From: Phycisphaeraceae bacterium
GTDB taxonomy: Bacteria > Planctomycetota > Phycisphaerae > Phycisphaerales > Phycisphaeraceae
DNA length: 64,000 nt
Direction: 5' to 3'
Assembly: GCA_040222855.1 (NCBI GenBank)
Contig: JAVKCD010000019.1
Coordinates: 230,912-294,911, forward strand
This document shows, piece after piece, positions 17,622 to 26,569 of the stretch; position 1 is the first letter of the stretch; each line of letters begins with the position of its first letter. The notes below the pieces were generated by a model. It did no database searches. It had not been told where the DNA came from and worked only from the letters and a program-made list of their open reading frames with translations. The position numbers and the translations under genes were made by a program.

Positions 17622-19055
17622 ATGACTGGACGCCTGCTTACCGTTGCTCTGCTTGCTGCCGGGCTTGCTTCGCCTGCTTTGGCGCGGACGAACTTGCTCG
17701 TGAACCCGACGCTGGATGGCCCGCCAGCGGGTGATGGGTGGGGTGTGTTTGGCGCGGCGGATTTCAACAGCTTCTTTGGCGCGAACGTGCACATCAGTCT
17801 GTACGCGGACTTCGTGGGCAATGAGGGTGCTGCTTTTCAGCTGGGCATCCCGGGTATGGCGGGGGCGTCGTACACGTTTGAGCTGCTGGACACGCGGGTG
17901 GAGAGTAGCTGGGACGCGGACCTGATCGTGGGTCTGGAGTATTACGGGGCGGACGACACGACGAAGCTGGGTGAGTCGGTGGAGATTGTTGACACGTCGT
18001 CTTTGGCTGCGGTGGACGGTAACTTTTTCAGCGTGTCGGGGACGGCGGTCCCGGGGACATCGTTTGTGCGGCCGATTGTTCGTTTTGACAACGTGAACTT
18101 CGGTTATGCGGGTCAGTCGCAGGCGAATACGTTTGTGTTTGATACTTATCTGTCGGAGACGCCTGGGGCTGGGGGTGAGTTGCTGCGGAACCCGGGGTTC
18201 GGTGGTGATGGCGGGCCGGTGGGTCATGCGTGGAGCCAGTTTGGCAACACGGGTTACAACGACTTTTTTGGCGGGAATGCGCACCTGAGTTTGTTCGGCG
18301 ATTTTGTTGGTAATGAAGGGTTTGCGTGGCAGTCGAAGATTGAGGGTGAGGCGGGGACGGAGTATCGGTTTGAGTTGGCGGATGTTCGTATCGAGGACAA
18401 CTGGGACGCGGACCTGTTTTTCGGTCTTGAGTACTACGATGCGGATGACGGCATCAAGCTGGGTGAGACGATTGTTGAGGCCGATACGTCGATCACGGGC
18501 GATGGGCTGAGTTTTGATATGACGGGCACGGCGGTGGCGGGCACGGCGTTTGTGCGGCCTGTGGTGTATTTCAACAACGTGAACTTTGGTTATGCGGGCC
18601 AGTCACAGGCGGCGGCGTTTGTTTTCGAGACGAGCCTGACCGAGGCGCTGGGATTCCTGCTGGGTGATACGAACGAGGACGGGACTATTGATGCGGACGA
18701 CATCGATTTCCTGTTTGCCAATCTCGGATCGGCGGCCACGGTGTTTGATGTGGCGGAGAATGGCGGGAGTGCGGACAGCTCGGATGTGGACGCGTTGGTG
18801 CTGGGCGTGCTGGACACGTTCTATGGGGATGCGAATCTCGATGGGATGGTGGACCTGATTGATCTGTCGGCGCTGGCGAGCGGCTTTGATGGGGCTGCTG
18901 GCTGGGCGGGCGGTGATTTTTCGGGTGATGGGCTGGTGAACCTGGTCGATCTGTCGCTGCTGGCGACGAATTTTGGTTCGGCTCGGGCGGTACCGGAGCC
19001 AGCGGCGGCGGTGCTGCTGGGTGTGGGAGCGTTGGCGCTGCGGCGTCGAGTCTGA
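17622..19055 (+). CDS. Secreted protein with two tandem CBM4/9-like modules, a dockerin-like module and a PEP-CTERM anchor
   Basis: GGAGGA Shine-Dalgarno before ATG 17622. Two copies of the NLL(V/R)NP...GDGWG.FG...Y.FEL.D.R.E..WDADL..GLEYY..DD..KLGE...FVRP.V.F.NVNFGYAGQSQA module are present. These are followed by GDTNEDGTIDADDID, GDANLDGMVDLIDLSALASGF, GDFSGDGLVNLVDLSLLATNFG and VPEPAAAVLLGVGALALRRRV. Confidence 0.8.
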   Translation: MTGRLLTVALLAAGLASPALARTNLLVNPTLDGPPAGDGWGVFGAADFNSFFGANVHISLYADFVGNEGAAFQLGIPGMAGASYTFELLDTRVESSWDADLIVGLEYYGADDTTKLGESVEIVDTSSLAAVDGNFFSVSGTAVPGTSFVRPIVRFDNVNFGYAGQSQANTFVFDTYLSETPGAGGELLRNPGFGGDGGPVGHAWSQFGNTGYNDFFGGNAHLSLFGDFVGNEGFAWQSKIEGEAGTEYRFELADVRIEDNWDADLFFGLEYYDADDGIKLGETIVEADTSITGDGLSFDMTGTAVAGTAFVRPVVYFNNVNFGYAGQSQAAAFVFETSLTEALGFLLGDTNEDGTIDADDIDFLFANLGSAATVFDVAENGGSADSSDVDALVLGVLDTFYGDANLDGMVDLIDLSALASGFDGAAGWAGGDFSGDGLVNLVDLSLLATNFGSARAVPEPAAAVLLGVGALALRRRV

Positions 19056-19084
19056 GATTATTCTTCAGTAAGTGAGACGTTCAT

Positions 19085-20926
19085 ATGGGTTTGTTTGACC
19101 CTACCTCCTCCTTGTGGCTCCGGGCGTTAGCGCTCGGGGCCATCTTGTTGCCTGGTGATGCGCTGGCGATCGGCCCGGTGCGGAGTTGGGTAACGCGTGG
19201 TGACCAGTCGTTGTTGCTGGCGGAGCAGACGCCGGTGTTTTTTGGTGCAAGTGGGTCGGCGCCGTTGACGGTGGTGGTCGATCCTGGGGTGACGTATCAG
19301 ACGATGGAGGGGTTTGGTGCGGCGATGACGGATGCGTCGTCGATCATTTTGAATCAGCGGATGAGTTCGTCAGCGCGGGATGCGTTGATGACGGATTTGT
19401 TTTCGCCGGTGGACGGGATTGGGCTGAGTTATTTGAGGCTGCCGATGGGGGCATCGGATTTTTCGACGAGTCATTACACGTATCACGATCTGCCGGTGGG
19501 TCAGAGTGATGTGACGCTGGGGTCGTTTTCGATTGCGGCGGATGAGGTGGATCGGATTCCGTTGTTGCAGCAGGCGGAGGCTTTGAATCCGGGGTTGCAA
19601 CTGATGGCGTCGCCTTGGTCGGCGCCGGCGTGGATGAAGAACAATCAGTCGCTGTATGGGGGTTCGCTGCGGTCGCAGTATTTCGGCGCTTATGCGTTGT
19701 ACTTCAAGAAGTTTATTGAGGCGTATGGGGCGCATGGGTTGGAGATCGATACGCTGACGGTTCAGAACGAGCCGCTGCATAGCAACAGTAGTTATCCGAC
19801 GATGTTGATGAGTACGTTTCAGCAGAGCACTTTTATCGGGGATCATTTGGGTCCGATGCTGGCTGGGAGTGGGATCGAGACGGGGATATTGGCTTATGAC
19901 CACAACTGGGATGAGTGGAACTACCCGTTGGTGGTGATGAATGATCCGGAGGCGGACCCGTTTATTGTCGGTGCGGCGTTTCACGGTTATGCGGGGGTGG
20001 TGGAGAATCAGTCGTTGTTGCAGGGGTTTCGGCCGGACAAGGGGATTTACTTCACGGAGATCTCGGGGGGTGATTTTGCGCCGAACTTCAATAACAACCT
20101 GATCTGGAACTTTGACAATCTGATCATCGGGGCGACGCGGAACTGGTCGAAGACGGTGATCATGTGGAATCTGGCGTTGGATGAGGATCATGGCCCGCAT
20201 CTGGGGGGTTGCAGTGATTGTCGGGGTGTGGTGACGGTGGATTCGGAGACGGGTGAGGTGACGCGGGAGGTTGAGTATTACTCGTTGGCGCACGCGAGTA
20301 AGTTTGTGCAGCCGGGTGCGGTGCGGATTGATTCGACGACGTTTGAGGGTCAGTTGGAGACGGTGGCGTTTATGAATCCGGATGGGTCGGAGGTGTTGAT
20401 TGCGATGAACCCGACGCAGTCGACGAAGAGTTTTGTGGTGGAGCGAGATGGTCAGGTGTTTACGTACAGTCTGGCGCGGCGGTCGGTGACGACGCTGACA
20501 TGGTCGCCTTTTGAGGGGCTGATCGTGGGGGATGTGAATCTGGATGGGGTGGTGGATGATCTGGATATTGATGAGTTATTTGCATCGCTGGGGAGCGCGG
20601 AGGGTCGGTTTGATGTGGAGGGAGATGGCGGGTTGGCGGACGAGGGGGATGTGGATGTGCTGATTGAAGATGTATTGGGGACGCGTCGTGGGGATGCGAA
20701 TCTGGATTTGCGGGTGGATTTGATTGATCTGTCGCTCTTGGCGGTGAACTTCCAGACGTTTGGTCCGTGGGCGGAGGGGGATTTTTCGGGTGATGGGATC
20801 GTGAATCTGGTGGACTTGTCGTTGCTGGCGGCGAACTTTGGGTATGTGGGTCAGGCGGTGCCGGAGCCGGTGGTGGCGGGGTGGCTGGTTGGGTTGGTGG
20901 TGATGGGGCGGCGGCGCGCGTCGTAA
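19085..20926 (+). CDS. Secreted glycoside hydrolase family 30 with a dockerin-like module and a PEP-CTERM anchor
   Basis: MEGFGAAMTDASS, MASPWSAPAWMK, LTVQNEP, IYFTEISGG and WNLALDEDHGPHLGGC motifs. The C-terminus matches the same dockerin-like repeats plus VPEPVVAGWLVGLVVMGRRRAS. Confidence 0.85.
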   Translation: MGLFDPTSSLWLRALALGAILLPGDALAIGPVRSWVTRGDQSLLLAEQTPVFFGASGSAPLTVVVDPGVTYQTMEGFGAAMTDASSIILNQRMSSSARDALMTDLFSPVDGIGLSYLRLPMGASDFSTSHYTYHDLPVGQSDVTLGSFSIAADEVDRIPLLQQAEALNPGLQLMASPWSAPAWMKNNQSLYGGSLRSQYFGAYALYFKKFIEAYGAHGLEIDTLTVQNEPLHSNSSYPTMLMSTFQQSTFIGDHLGPMLAGSGIETGILAYDHNWDEWNYPLVVMNDPEADPFIVGAAFHGYAGVVENQSLLQGFRPDKGIYFTEISGGDFAPNFNNNLIWNFDNLIIGATRNWSKTVIMWNLALDEDHGPHLGGCSDCRGVVTVDSETGEVTREVEYYSLAHASKFVQPGAVRIDSTTFEGQLETVAFMNPDGSEVLIAMNPTQSTKSFVVERDGQVFTYSLARRSVTTLTWSPFEGLIVGDVNLDGVVDDLDIDELFASLGSAEGRFDVEGDGGLADEGDVDVLIEDVLGTRRGDANLDLRVDLIDLSLLAVNFQTFGPWAEGDFSGDGIVNLVDLSLLAANFGYVGQAVPEPVVAGWLVGLVVMGRRRAS

Positions 20927-20978
20927 GCGCAGGATTTTATCGACGGTGATTGTTGGTGGCCACTGCGATATCGGGTTG

Positions 20979-21013
20979 TTGCACATAGCACGCCTATGGC
21001 GTGCAATGTGGCA
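20979..21013. terminator. Imperfect hairpin between convergent genes (possible bidirectional terminator)
   Basis: ttgcacata-gcacgcc-tat-ggcgtgc-aatgtggca: a 7-bp perfect core stem with a 3-nt loop and partially complementary extensions. Confidence 0.3.
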
Positions 21014-21039
21014 CCCGGCGATGGTGTAGCTGCGGTAAT

Positions 21040-24000
21040 CTATCGGCGTTGGGAAGCGATGGGGATGGTGGTTTGATGGGGGAGGGACGGGAAGGTGATG
21101 GTTTGTTCGCCGTGGCCGGAGAGGTCGGGGAGGATGAGTTTGAAGCCGTTGGGGGGTGTGGCGTCGCCGGCGGCGGAGAAGTGGAGGGTGTCGCCTTGGC
21201 GAACGAGGTTGTAGGCGATGTGTCCGTAGCGGGTGGGTGCGTTGTGGACGCGGACGCCTGGGGCGTCGAGCCATTCGGGTTTGAGTCCGAGTCCGAGGAG
21301 GAGGGTGTTGTTGGGTTCGTCTTCGGTGACGAAGATGGCGCGGGCGGCGTTGACGAAGCCGGCGCCGACCCAGGTGTGGGGCATGTCGCCTATGAAGCGG
21401 GGTGCGCGGTCGTCGCGGTAGGCGATCTCGGCCCAGTGGAGCCATCCGGCGGGGAGCTGGTCCTGTGCGAGCCAGTCGAACATGGCGTGGGCGCGTTGGC
21501 GGTGTCCGGTGCGGAGCATGGTGGTGATGACGCGGAGTTCGTAGGGGGTGTAGTCGAACCAATCGCGGTCGTCGGAGATGCGGAGGGCAAAGTCGTTCCA
21601 GTAGCGCTCGAAGGTGTTGGCGAGGAGTTGTTGGGGGAGGTCTTTGGTGAGTTCGCCGATGGAGATGGCGATGGCGGTGGAGGGCGGGTCGAAGTCGCCG
21701 AGTTCGACGCAGCCGGGGATGAAGTTGATGCCTTGCTCTTTGGCGGCCATCTCGATGGAGCGGACGAGGGCGGCTTTGTGGTCATCGGCGAGTTGCTGGA
21801 AGTGATTGGCGTCGTCGTGGAAGCCGAGTTGTCGGGCGATGGCTGCGGCGTCGTCGAATCCGCGGACGACGAAGACGTTGTCCCAGTAGCTGTGCATGGG
21901 TTTTTCGGAGTAGCCTTCGTGGCTGATGGATTCGGGGACGAGTCCTTCGTATGCGGTGCCGATGTATTGGGGGGTGAGTCGCTGGTTGCGGAGGTTTTCC
22001 ATGTAGGCGACGCCAGCGCGGATGTGGTGGTAGTGCTCGCGGGCGAAGTCTTCATCGTGGGTGTGTTCGAGGAGGAGTCTGGCGAGGTAGATGAGTTGTC
22101 CGGTGGAGTCGTGTTCGTCGACGGGGTCGGGTCCGCGGTGGTCGACGACGCAGGGGACTTTGCCGTTGTCGTACTGATAGGGTGCGTACCAGGCGAAGTA
22201 GTCGGCGACGGCGTTGGCCTGGCCCATGTTGATGAGGGCTTTGCCGGTGAGTGCGCCATCGCGGATCCAGGAGCGTTGGTAGGTTCGTGAGCCGGGTTGG
22301 ATTCGGACGCCGTCCATGTTGATGAGGATGTAGGCGAGTTGGGCGTTGAGGCTGTCGAGAATGAGCTTGGCTGAGGGGTGAGCCACCTCGAACATGGGTG
22401 GTCCGAGGAGGGTTTGCCATGCGGCAGCGTGGGCTTCGAGTCGTTTGTCGAAGGGTTGTTCGGCGAGGGCGAGCTTGATGGCTGAGGCGTCGGGCATGCG
22501 GGTCGGTGGGCCGAGGGGTGTGGCGATGATGATGTCGGTGTGGGCATCGGGGAGGAGTGATCTCTTGAAGGTCATGGCGGCGGAGGTGAAGCCTTGATCA
22601 TCGTGAGCGGCGGTGTTGGCAGGGTAGGTGTCGGCGGCGATCCATTCGGAGGCGTCGCCGGCGGTGAGGTTGGCGGTGGCGAGTTTGTCGGGGTCGTTGA
22701 TGGCGATGACGGGTGTTGTGTGGTTGATGAGGAGGGTATTTTGTTGTGGTCGGGTTTCGATGGTGTGGATGGGGCTGTGTCCGCCATCGAGGTTGAGGGT
22801 CTGCCAGGGCGGGAGGACCTGGAAGGGTCGGATGGCGATGGCGAGTGTGGCGTCGATGGTCTGGTTGGAGAGGTTGTGCCAGCGGTAGCGGGTGAGGAGG
22901 AGTTCCTGGCCGTCGATGACTTCGGCGAGGGGTGTGATGTCGAGTTGCATGTCGGTGTGGTGGCGCTTGACGGTGCTGATGGGGAGGTGATCGCGGGCGA
23001 GGGATTGGGTGTGGGTGGCGTCGGCCCAGGTGAGGAGGTTGTTGTTTCGGTGGATGAAGGGTTCGAGGGTGAAGGAGCCGATGTCGGGTTCGATGACGCC
23101 ATGCTCGCTGATGAGGGCTTCGTGGTTGCTGGCGGGGTTGCCGGCGACGTTCCAGAAGACCTGGCGGTTTTCGAGGGTCATGGGCCAGTGACCGCGGGGC
23201 TGTTTGGCGGCGTAGGCTTTGAGCAGGGTGTTGGCGGGGTGCGCGGCTTCGACGGGGAGGAGTTGGATGGCAGCGAGGTTGACACCGGCGGCGCGGTGGG
23301 TGGCGTTGGTGGTGATGCGGAGGTGGCGTGCTTCGGACTCGGGTGCGAGGAAGGCGTCGGTCTCGCCGTTGCCTTGTTCGGTGGTGGCGAGGGTTTGCCA
23401 GGTGTTGGCGTCGCGGGAGGTTTCGAGGGTGTACTGGGTGGGGAATCGCTGGTCGTGCCAGTTGAGGAGGATGGCGGAGAACTCGCGGGGTTCGGAGAGG
23501 TCGAGGTTGATGGTGTGCTGGTCGCCTGGGGTGGTCAGTAGGTTGAGTTGGGTGGGGTCGGCGACGACGGAGGGTGTGCGGCGTTCGGGGGTGAGAGCGG
23601 TGCGTGAGGAGGCGATGAGTTTGAGGGGTCCGGTGGCGGGTGGTGGTGTGGCTTCGAGTTTGAGGTTGTCGATCCAGATGGTGCCTTTGCCGCCGGTGGA
23701 GGCGGTGACGACGATTTCTATTGCGCCGAGTTGGTCGTGGATTTTCTCGCTGCCTGCGGGCCCCCATGCGAAGGAGAAGTGGCGACGTTTGAGTCGGATG
23801 GTCTGGGAGGTGGTGGGGAAGTTGATGTTGCGACGGTTGACCCACCAGACGTTTTCGTAGGAGGTGTCGAGGAGTTTGACTTCGAGGGTGTTGGGTGGGA
23901 TGTCGCCTTCGAGGTCGAAGCTGAGGGTGAAGTGTCCGGGGAGTTCGAGGGGCGGGTCGAAGGGGATCCTGGTGACGGCGTAGCCGGAGCCTGCGGCGAA

Positions 24001-24189
24001 GTTGACATCGACTCGGAGTCGGGTGTCGCCTGTGGCGGTGGTTTCGTAAGCGAGGGATTGTTCGACGCCGTCGGCGGGGTGTGCGGACCAGGGTTGGTCG
24101 GCACCGTCGAAGAGAGTGGTAGCGAGGGTGGGTAGGGTGAGGAGGAGCGAGAGGAGAGGCGCGAGGCGGAGAGGGAGGGGTCTTGGCAC
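21040..24189 (-). CDS. Large secreted glycoside-hydrolase candidate: N-terminal beta-sandwich/discoidin-like domains plus a GH15-like (alpha/alpha)6 catalytic region
   Basis: Signal peptide MPRPLPLRLAPLLSLLLTLPTLA. An F5/8-type-C-like segment is present (FSAILLNWHDQRFPTQYTLETSRDANTWQTLA...ARHLRITT). The C-terminal region has YQRSWIRDGALTG...VDEHDSTGQLIYL..., reminiscent of GH15/glucoamylase-like folds. Confidence 0.7.
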   Translation of the reverse strand: MPRPLPLRLAPLLSLLLTLPTLATTLFDGADQPWSAHPADGVEQSLAYETTATGDTRLRVDVNFAAGSGYAVTRIPFDPPLELPGHFTLSFDLEGDIPPNTLEVKLLDTSYENVWWVNRRNINFPTTSQTIRLKRRHFSFAWGPAGSEKIHDQLGAIEIVVTASTGGKGTIWIDNLKLEATPPPATGPLKLIASSRTALTPERRTPSVVADPTQLNLLTTPGDQHTINLDLSEPREFSAILLNWHDQRFPTQYTLETSRDANTWQTLATTEQGNGETDAFLAPESEARHLRITTNATHRAAGVNLAAIQLLPVEAAHPANTLLKAYAAKQPRGHWPMTLENRQVFWNVAGNPASNHEALISEHGVIEPDIGSFTLEPFIHRNNNLLTWADATHTQSLARDHLPISTVKRHHTDMQLDITPLAEVIDGQELLLTRYRWHNLSNQTIDATLAIAIRPFQVLPPWQTLNLDGGHSPIHTIETRPQQNTLLINHTTPVIAINDPDKLATANLTAGDASEWIAADTYPANTAAHDDQGFTSAAMTFKRSLLPDAHTDIIIATPLGPPTRMPDASAIKLALAEQPFDKRLEAHAAAWQTLLGPPMFEVAHPSAKLILDSLNAQLAYILINMDGVRIQPGSRTYQRSWIRDGALTGKALINMGQANAVADYFAWYAPYQYDNGKVPCVVDHRGPDPVDEHDSTGQLIYLARLLLEHTHDEDFAREHYHHIRAGVAYMENLRNQRLTPQYIGTAYEGLVPESISHEGYSEKPMHSYWDNVFVVRGFDDAAAIARQLGFHDDANHFQQLADDHKAALVRSIEMAAKEQGINFIPGCVELGDFDPPSTAIAISIGELTKDLPQQLLANTFERYWNDFALRISDDRDWFDYTPYELRVITTMLRTGHRQRAHAMFDWLAQDQLPAGWLHWAEIAYRDDRAPRFIGDMPHTWVGAGFVNAARAIFVTEDEPNNTLLLGLGLKPEWLDAPGVRVHNAPTRYGHIAYNLVRQGDTLHFSAAGDATPPNGFKLILPDLSGHGEQTITFPSLPHQTTIPIASQRR

Positions 24190-24223
24190 GGGTTGTCTCC
24201 GGAGTGGCTGATGTCGTGAGATG

Positions 24224-26509
24224 TCAGTGCGAGCGGCGGCGGAGCATCAGGAGGGCGAGCAGCGGTAGGGCTGCGGGCTCGGGGATGGTGATGCTCTGGC
24301 CGAAGTTGGAGGCGAGGAATGAGAGGTCGATGAGGTCGATGAGGCCGTCGGTGTTGACGTCGCCCTGGGCCCATCCGCCGGTGCTGTCGAAGTTGGTGGC
24401 GAGGATGGAGAGGTCGATGAGGTCGACGGTTCCGGAGAGGTCGGTATCGCCGAAGAGGGCTCCGGTGGCGCTTCCGAGGGAGGTGTCGACGAGGGTGGTG
24501 ACGAGGGTTTCGTAGTCGGCAGCGGTGACGGCGCCGTCGGTGTTGAGGTCGTACATGAGGGCGGAGTCGGCGACGAGGAGTCCGAGTTGGGAGGTGAGTT
24601 GGTCGATGTCGTCGGCGTTGACGAGTCCATCGCGGTTGAAGTCGCCGGGGACGAGGGGGAGGAAGACTTTGTCGAGGGCGGCGGCGATGTCGGGGAGGTC
24701 GGCGAAGGCGGCGGCGTCGTTGTAGAGGTATTCGAAGAGGGCCATGGTGGAGAGCGCGGTGTTCCAGAGGTCGTGGAAGGCCCGGACCTCGGAGGGTGTG
24801 TTGGCACCGGTGGTCCAGCGGGCAGCGTCGGAGAGTCCGAAGGGGCCTTCGAGGTTATTGATGAGGTGGTGTCGGATGGCGGCGTCGGCGGCGGCTTCAT
24901 CGCCTAAGAGTGCGAATGCGGCGGACCATGGCATGAAGAGTTCGGGGCTGCCCTGGTCGTTGTAGGGGGAGTACTGTTCGTAGGAGGAGCCATCGGTGTC
25001 GGCGCCGGCGTCGGGCTGGAGGAAGAAGGGTCTGCCGATGGAGGCGAAGTAGGCGGCGACTTCCTGCTGGTAGAGGGTGGCGTTGCGTTGCGGGTTCCCG
25101 GCGAGGGAGGGGATGGGGTAGGTGTCGTTTCCGCGGTCGGAGGTGTCGGCGAAGAGGGGCATGAGCCATTGGGTGAAGGGTGGTCGGAACTGCGAGAAGG
25201 TGGAGACGAGGTGCTCGTTTTCGGGATCAACGAGGTGGTCTTTGGTGCGGAAGATGGCGGAGTGGTATTGCTCGGTGATGGGGACGTGGTTGTCGGTGGA
25301 GAGGTGGGCGGCGAGTGAGATGAGCCAGGGTTCGCCGGAGTAGGAATCGTAGGTTCCCGGGGTCATCTGGTTGGTGTCAGTTTTGTAGGCGAGGCTCCAG
25401 CCACGGGTGGGTCCGGTGGTGTCGGAGAAGGCGTCCCAGTCGAATCGGTTCTGGAGGGTGTTGATGTCGTCGCGGAGGGTGGTGGAGGTTTCGGGTCGGT
25501 TGGCGAAGCGGTGGAGGCCGAGGGAGAGGAAGGCGGTGTCGATGTTGGTTTCTTCGGGGACGAGATCGTTGGCGAGGGTGGTCCAGTTGAAGTAGCGGCC
25601 GGGGGCGTGGTCGGCGGAATCCATGATGGTGTTGAAGGAGTTGACGATGGTGTTGATGTACTGGTCGGCGGTGGCGGGGTTGACCCAGCCGTTGTCGACG
25701 GCGCGGGGGAGCATGGTGACGACGGCGGCGGTGGCGTTGATGGCGCCGTGTCCTGAGGTGGTGGAGTGGACGGGGATGAGGCCGTTGACGCGGTTGCGTG
25801 ATCCCCAGAGGGCGTCCCACTGTCGTTTGGCGAGTCGTTCGGCGAGGGTGTGGGTGGGTGTGGTGGCGACATCGAGTGGCCCGCCGGGTTCGACGAGACT
25901 CATGTCGTCGATGTAGACGGAGCCGTTGACGGCGGTGCCCTGGTTGGCCTGGATGACGAGGTCGAGGGACTTGGTGCGGTCGAGGTAGTTGGTTTCGGTT
26001 CCGGGCTGGATGCCGGAGAGGGACCAGCCGGGAGCGGTGAGGTCGAGGGGGATGGAGACCTGCTGCCAGGTGCCGGAGGCGGGGATGACGGAGGTGTAGG
26101 AGGCGATGGCTCCGGCGCCGTCGCGGTAGTCTTTGATTTCGAAGTTGAGGGAGAAGGGGTCGCCGGTGCTGTTGCGGAGTTGGAAGTCGACGGACTGGTA
26201 ACCGGCGAGGCTGCGGCTGGTGGCGAACTCGCCGGTGGGTCCGTAGGGGGCGAGGGGGTGCTGGACGAAGCCGATGTCGTTTTGTGGGATGGAGGTTGCG
26301 ATGCGGTAGCCGTAGCGGCCGGAGGTGCGGACGGCGGTGGATCGTGCGAGGGAGGTGTTGAAGGTGAGGGGTGATCCGCCGAAGCGGTTGATGAAGGGCT
26401 CAACGGTCTCGCCGTCCCAGAAGGGGACGATTGCGAGGTCATCGGCGGGCGCAGCGACTCCGAGGAGGAGGGTAAGTGCGATGGGGATGGTGGGGCTTGA
26501 TGACGCCAT
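24224..26509 (-). CDS. Secreted (alpha/alpha)6-like glycoside-hydrolase candidate with an N-terminal CBM-like domain, a dockerin-like module and a PEP-CTERM anchor
   Basis: Signal peptide. The central region ends with ...LEGPFGLSDAARW...FHDLWNTALSTMALFEY, analogous to the GPYGF.DAFN...IDQG tail of the putative-glucoamylase/GH144 superfamily seen in 33237..34586. The C-terminus is GDFNRDGLVNADDID ... GDTDLSGTVDLIDLSILATNF ... GDVNTDGLIDLIDLSFLASNFG ... IPEPAALPLLALLMLRRRSH. Confidence 0.7.
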   Translation of the reverse strand: MASSSPTIPIALTLLLGVAAPADDLAIVPFWDGETVEPFINRFGGSPLTFNTSLARSTAVRTSGRYGYRIATSIPQNDIGFVQHPLAPYGPTGEFATSRSLAGYQSVDFQLRNSTGDPFSLNFEIKDYRDGAGAIASYTSVIPASGTWQQVSIPLDLTAPGWSLSGIQPGTETNYLDRTKSLDLVIQANQGTAVNGSVYIDDMSLVEPGGPLDVATTPTHTLAERLAKRQWDALWGSRNRVNGLIPVHSTTSGHGAINATAAVVTMLPRAVDNGWVNPATADQYINTIVNSFNTIMDSADHAPGRYFNWTTLANDLVPEETNIDTAFLSLGLHRFANRPETSTTLRDDINTLQNRFDWDAFSDTTGPTRGWSLAYKTDTNQMTPGTYDSYSGEPWLISLAAHLSTDNHVPITEQYHSAIFRTKDHLVDPENEHLVSTFSQFRPPFTQWLMPLFADTSDRGNDTYPIPSLAGNPQRNATLYQQEVAAYFASIGRPFFLQPDAGADTDGSSYEQYSPYNDQGSPELFMPWSAAFALLGDEAAADAAIRHHLINNLEGPFGLSDAARWTTGANTPSEVRAFHDLWNTALSTMALFEYLYNDAAAFADLPDIAAALDKVFLPLVPGDFNRDGLVNADDIDQLTSQLGLLVADSALMYDLNTDGAVTAADYETLVTTLVDTSLGSATGALFGDTDLSGTVDLIDLSILATNFDSTGGWAQGDVNTDGLIDLIDLSFLASNFGQSITIPEPAALPLLALLMLRRRSH

Positions 26510-26569
26510 CAGGTTCTCACAGCATGAACGATGGGTCGGGGGGAGGCGAGGTTCGTTCGTGAAAAGAGG

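Noticed and set aside
19370-21562. Minus-strand ORFs 19370..20293 and 20576..21562 (307 and 328 aa)
   Set aside because: Their composition is extremely Arg/Pro/His/Gln-rich. They overlap the GH30 and GH15-like coding frames and span a convergent intergenic region without any start context.
21001-23541. Long plus-strand ORFs (21001..22290, 22594..23541) and same-strand alternative frames (21390..22547, 22598..23845) over the GH15-like gene
   Set aside because: Their translations are Gly/Val/Glu/Asp or Pro/Thr/Ser/Arg/His low complexity. The 1049-aa frame has a signal peptide and recognisable domains, so these ORFs are compositional artefacts.
24247-26442. Pro/Ser/Thr-rich alternative-frame ORFs within the 761-aa gene (e.g. 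24247..24900, 25363..25872, 25900..26442)
   Set aside because: I considered mucin-like or overprinted genes. The PST richness is what the +1/+2 frames of GC-rich Gly/Asp/Val-coding DNA produce. These ORFs have no independent starts, Shine-Dalgarno sequences or signal peptides.
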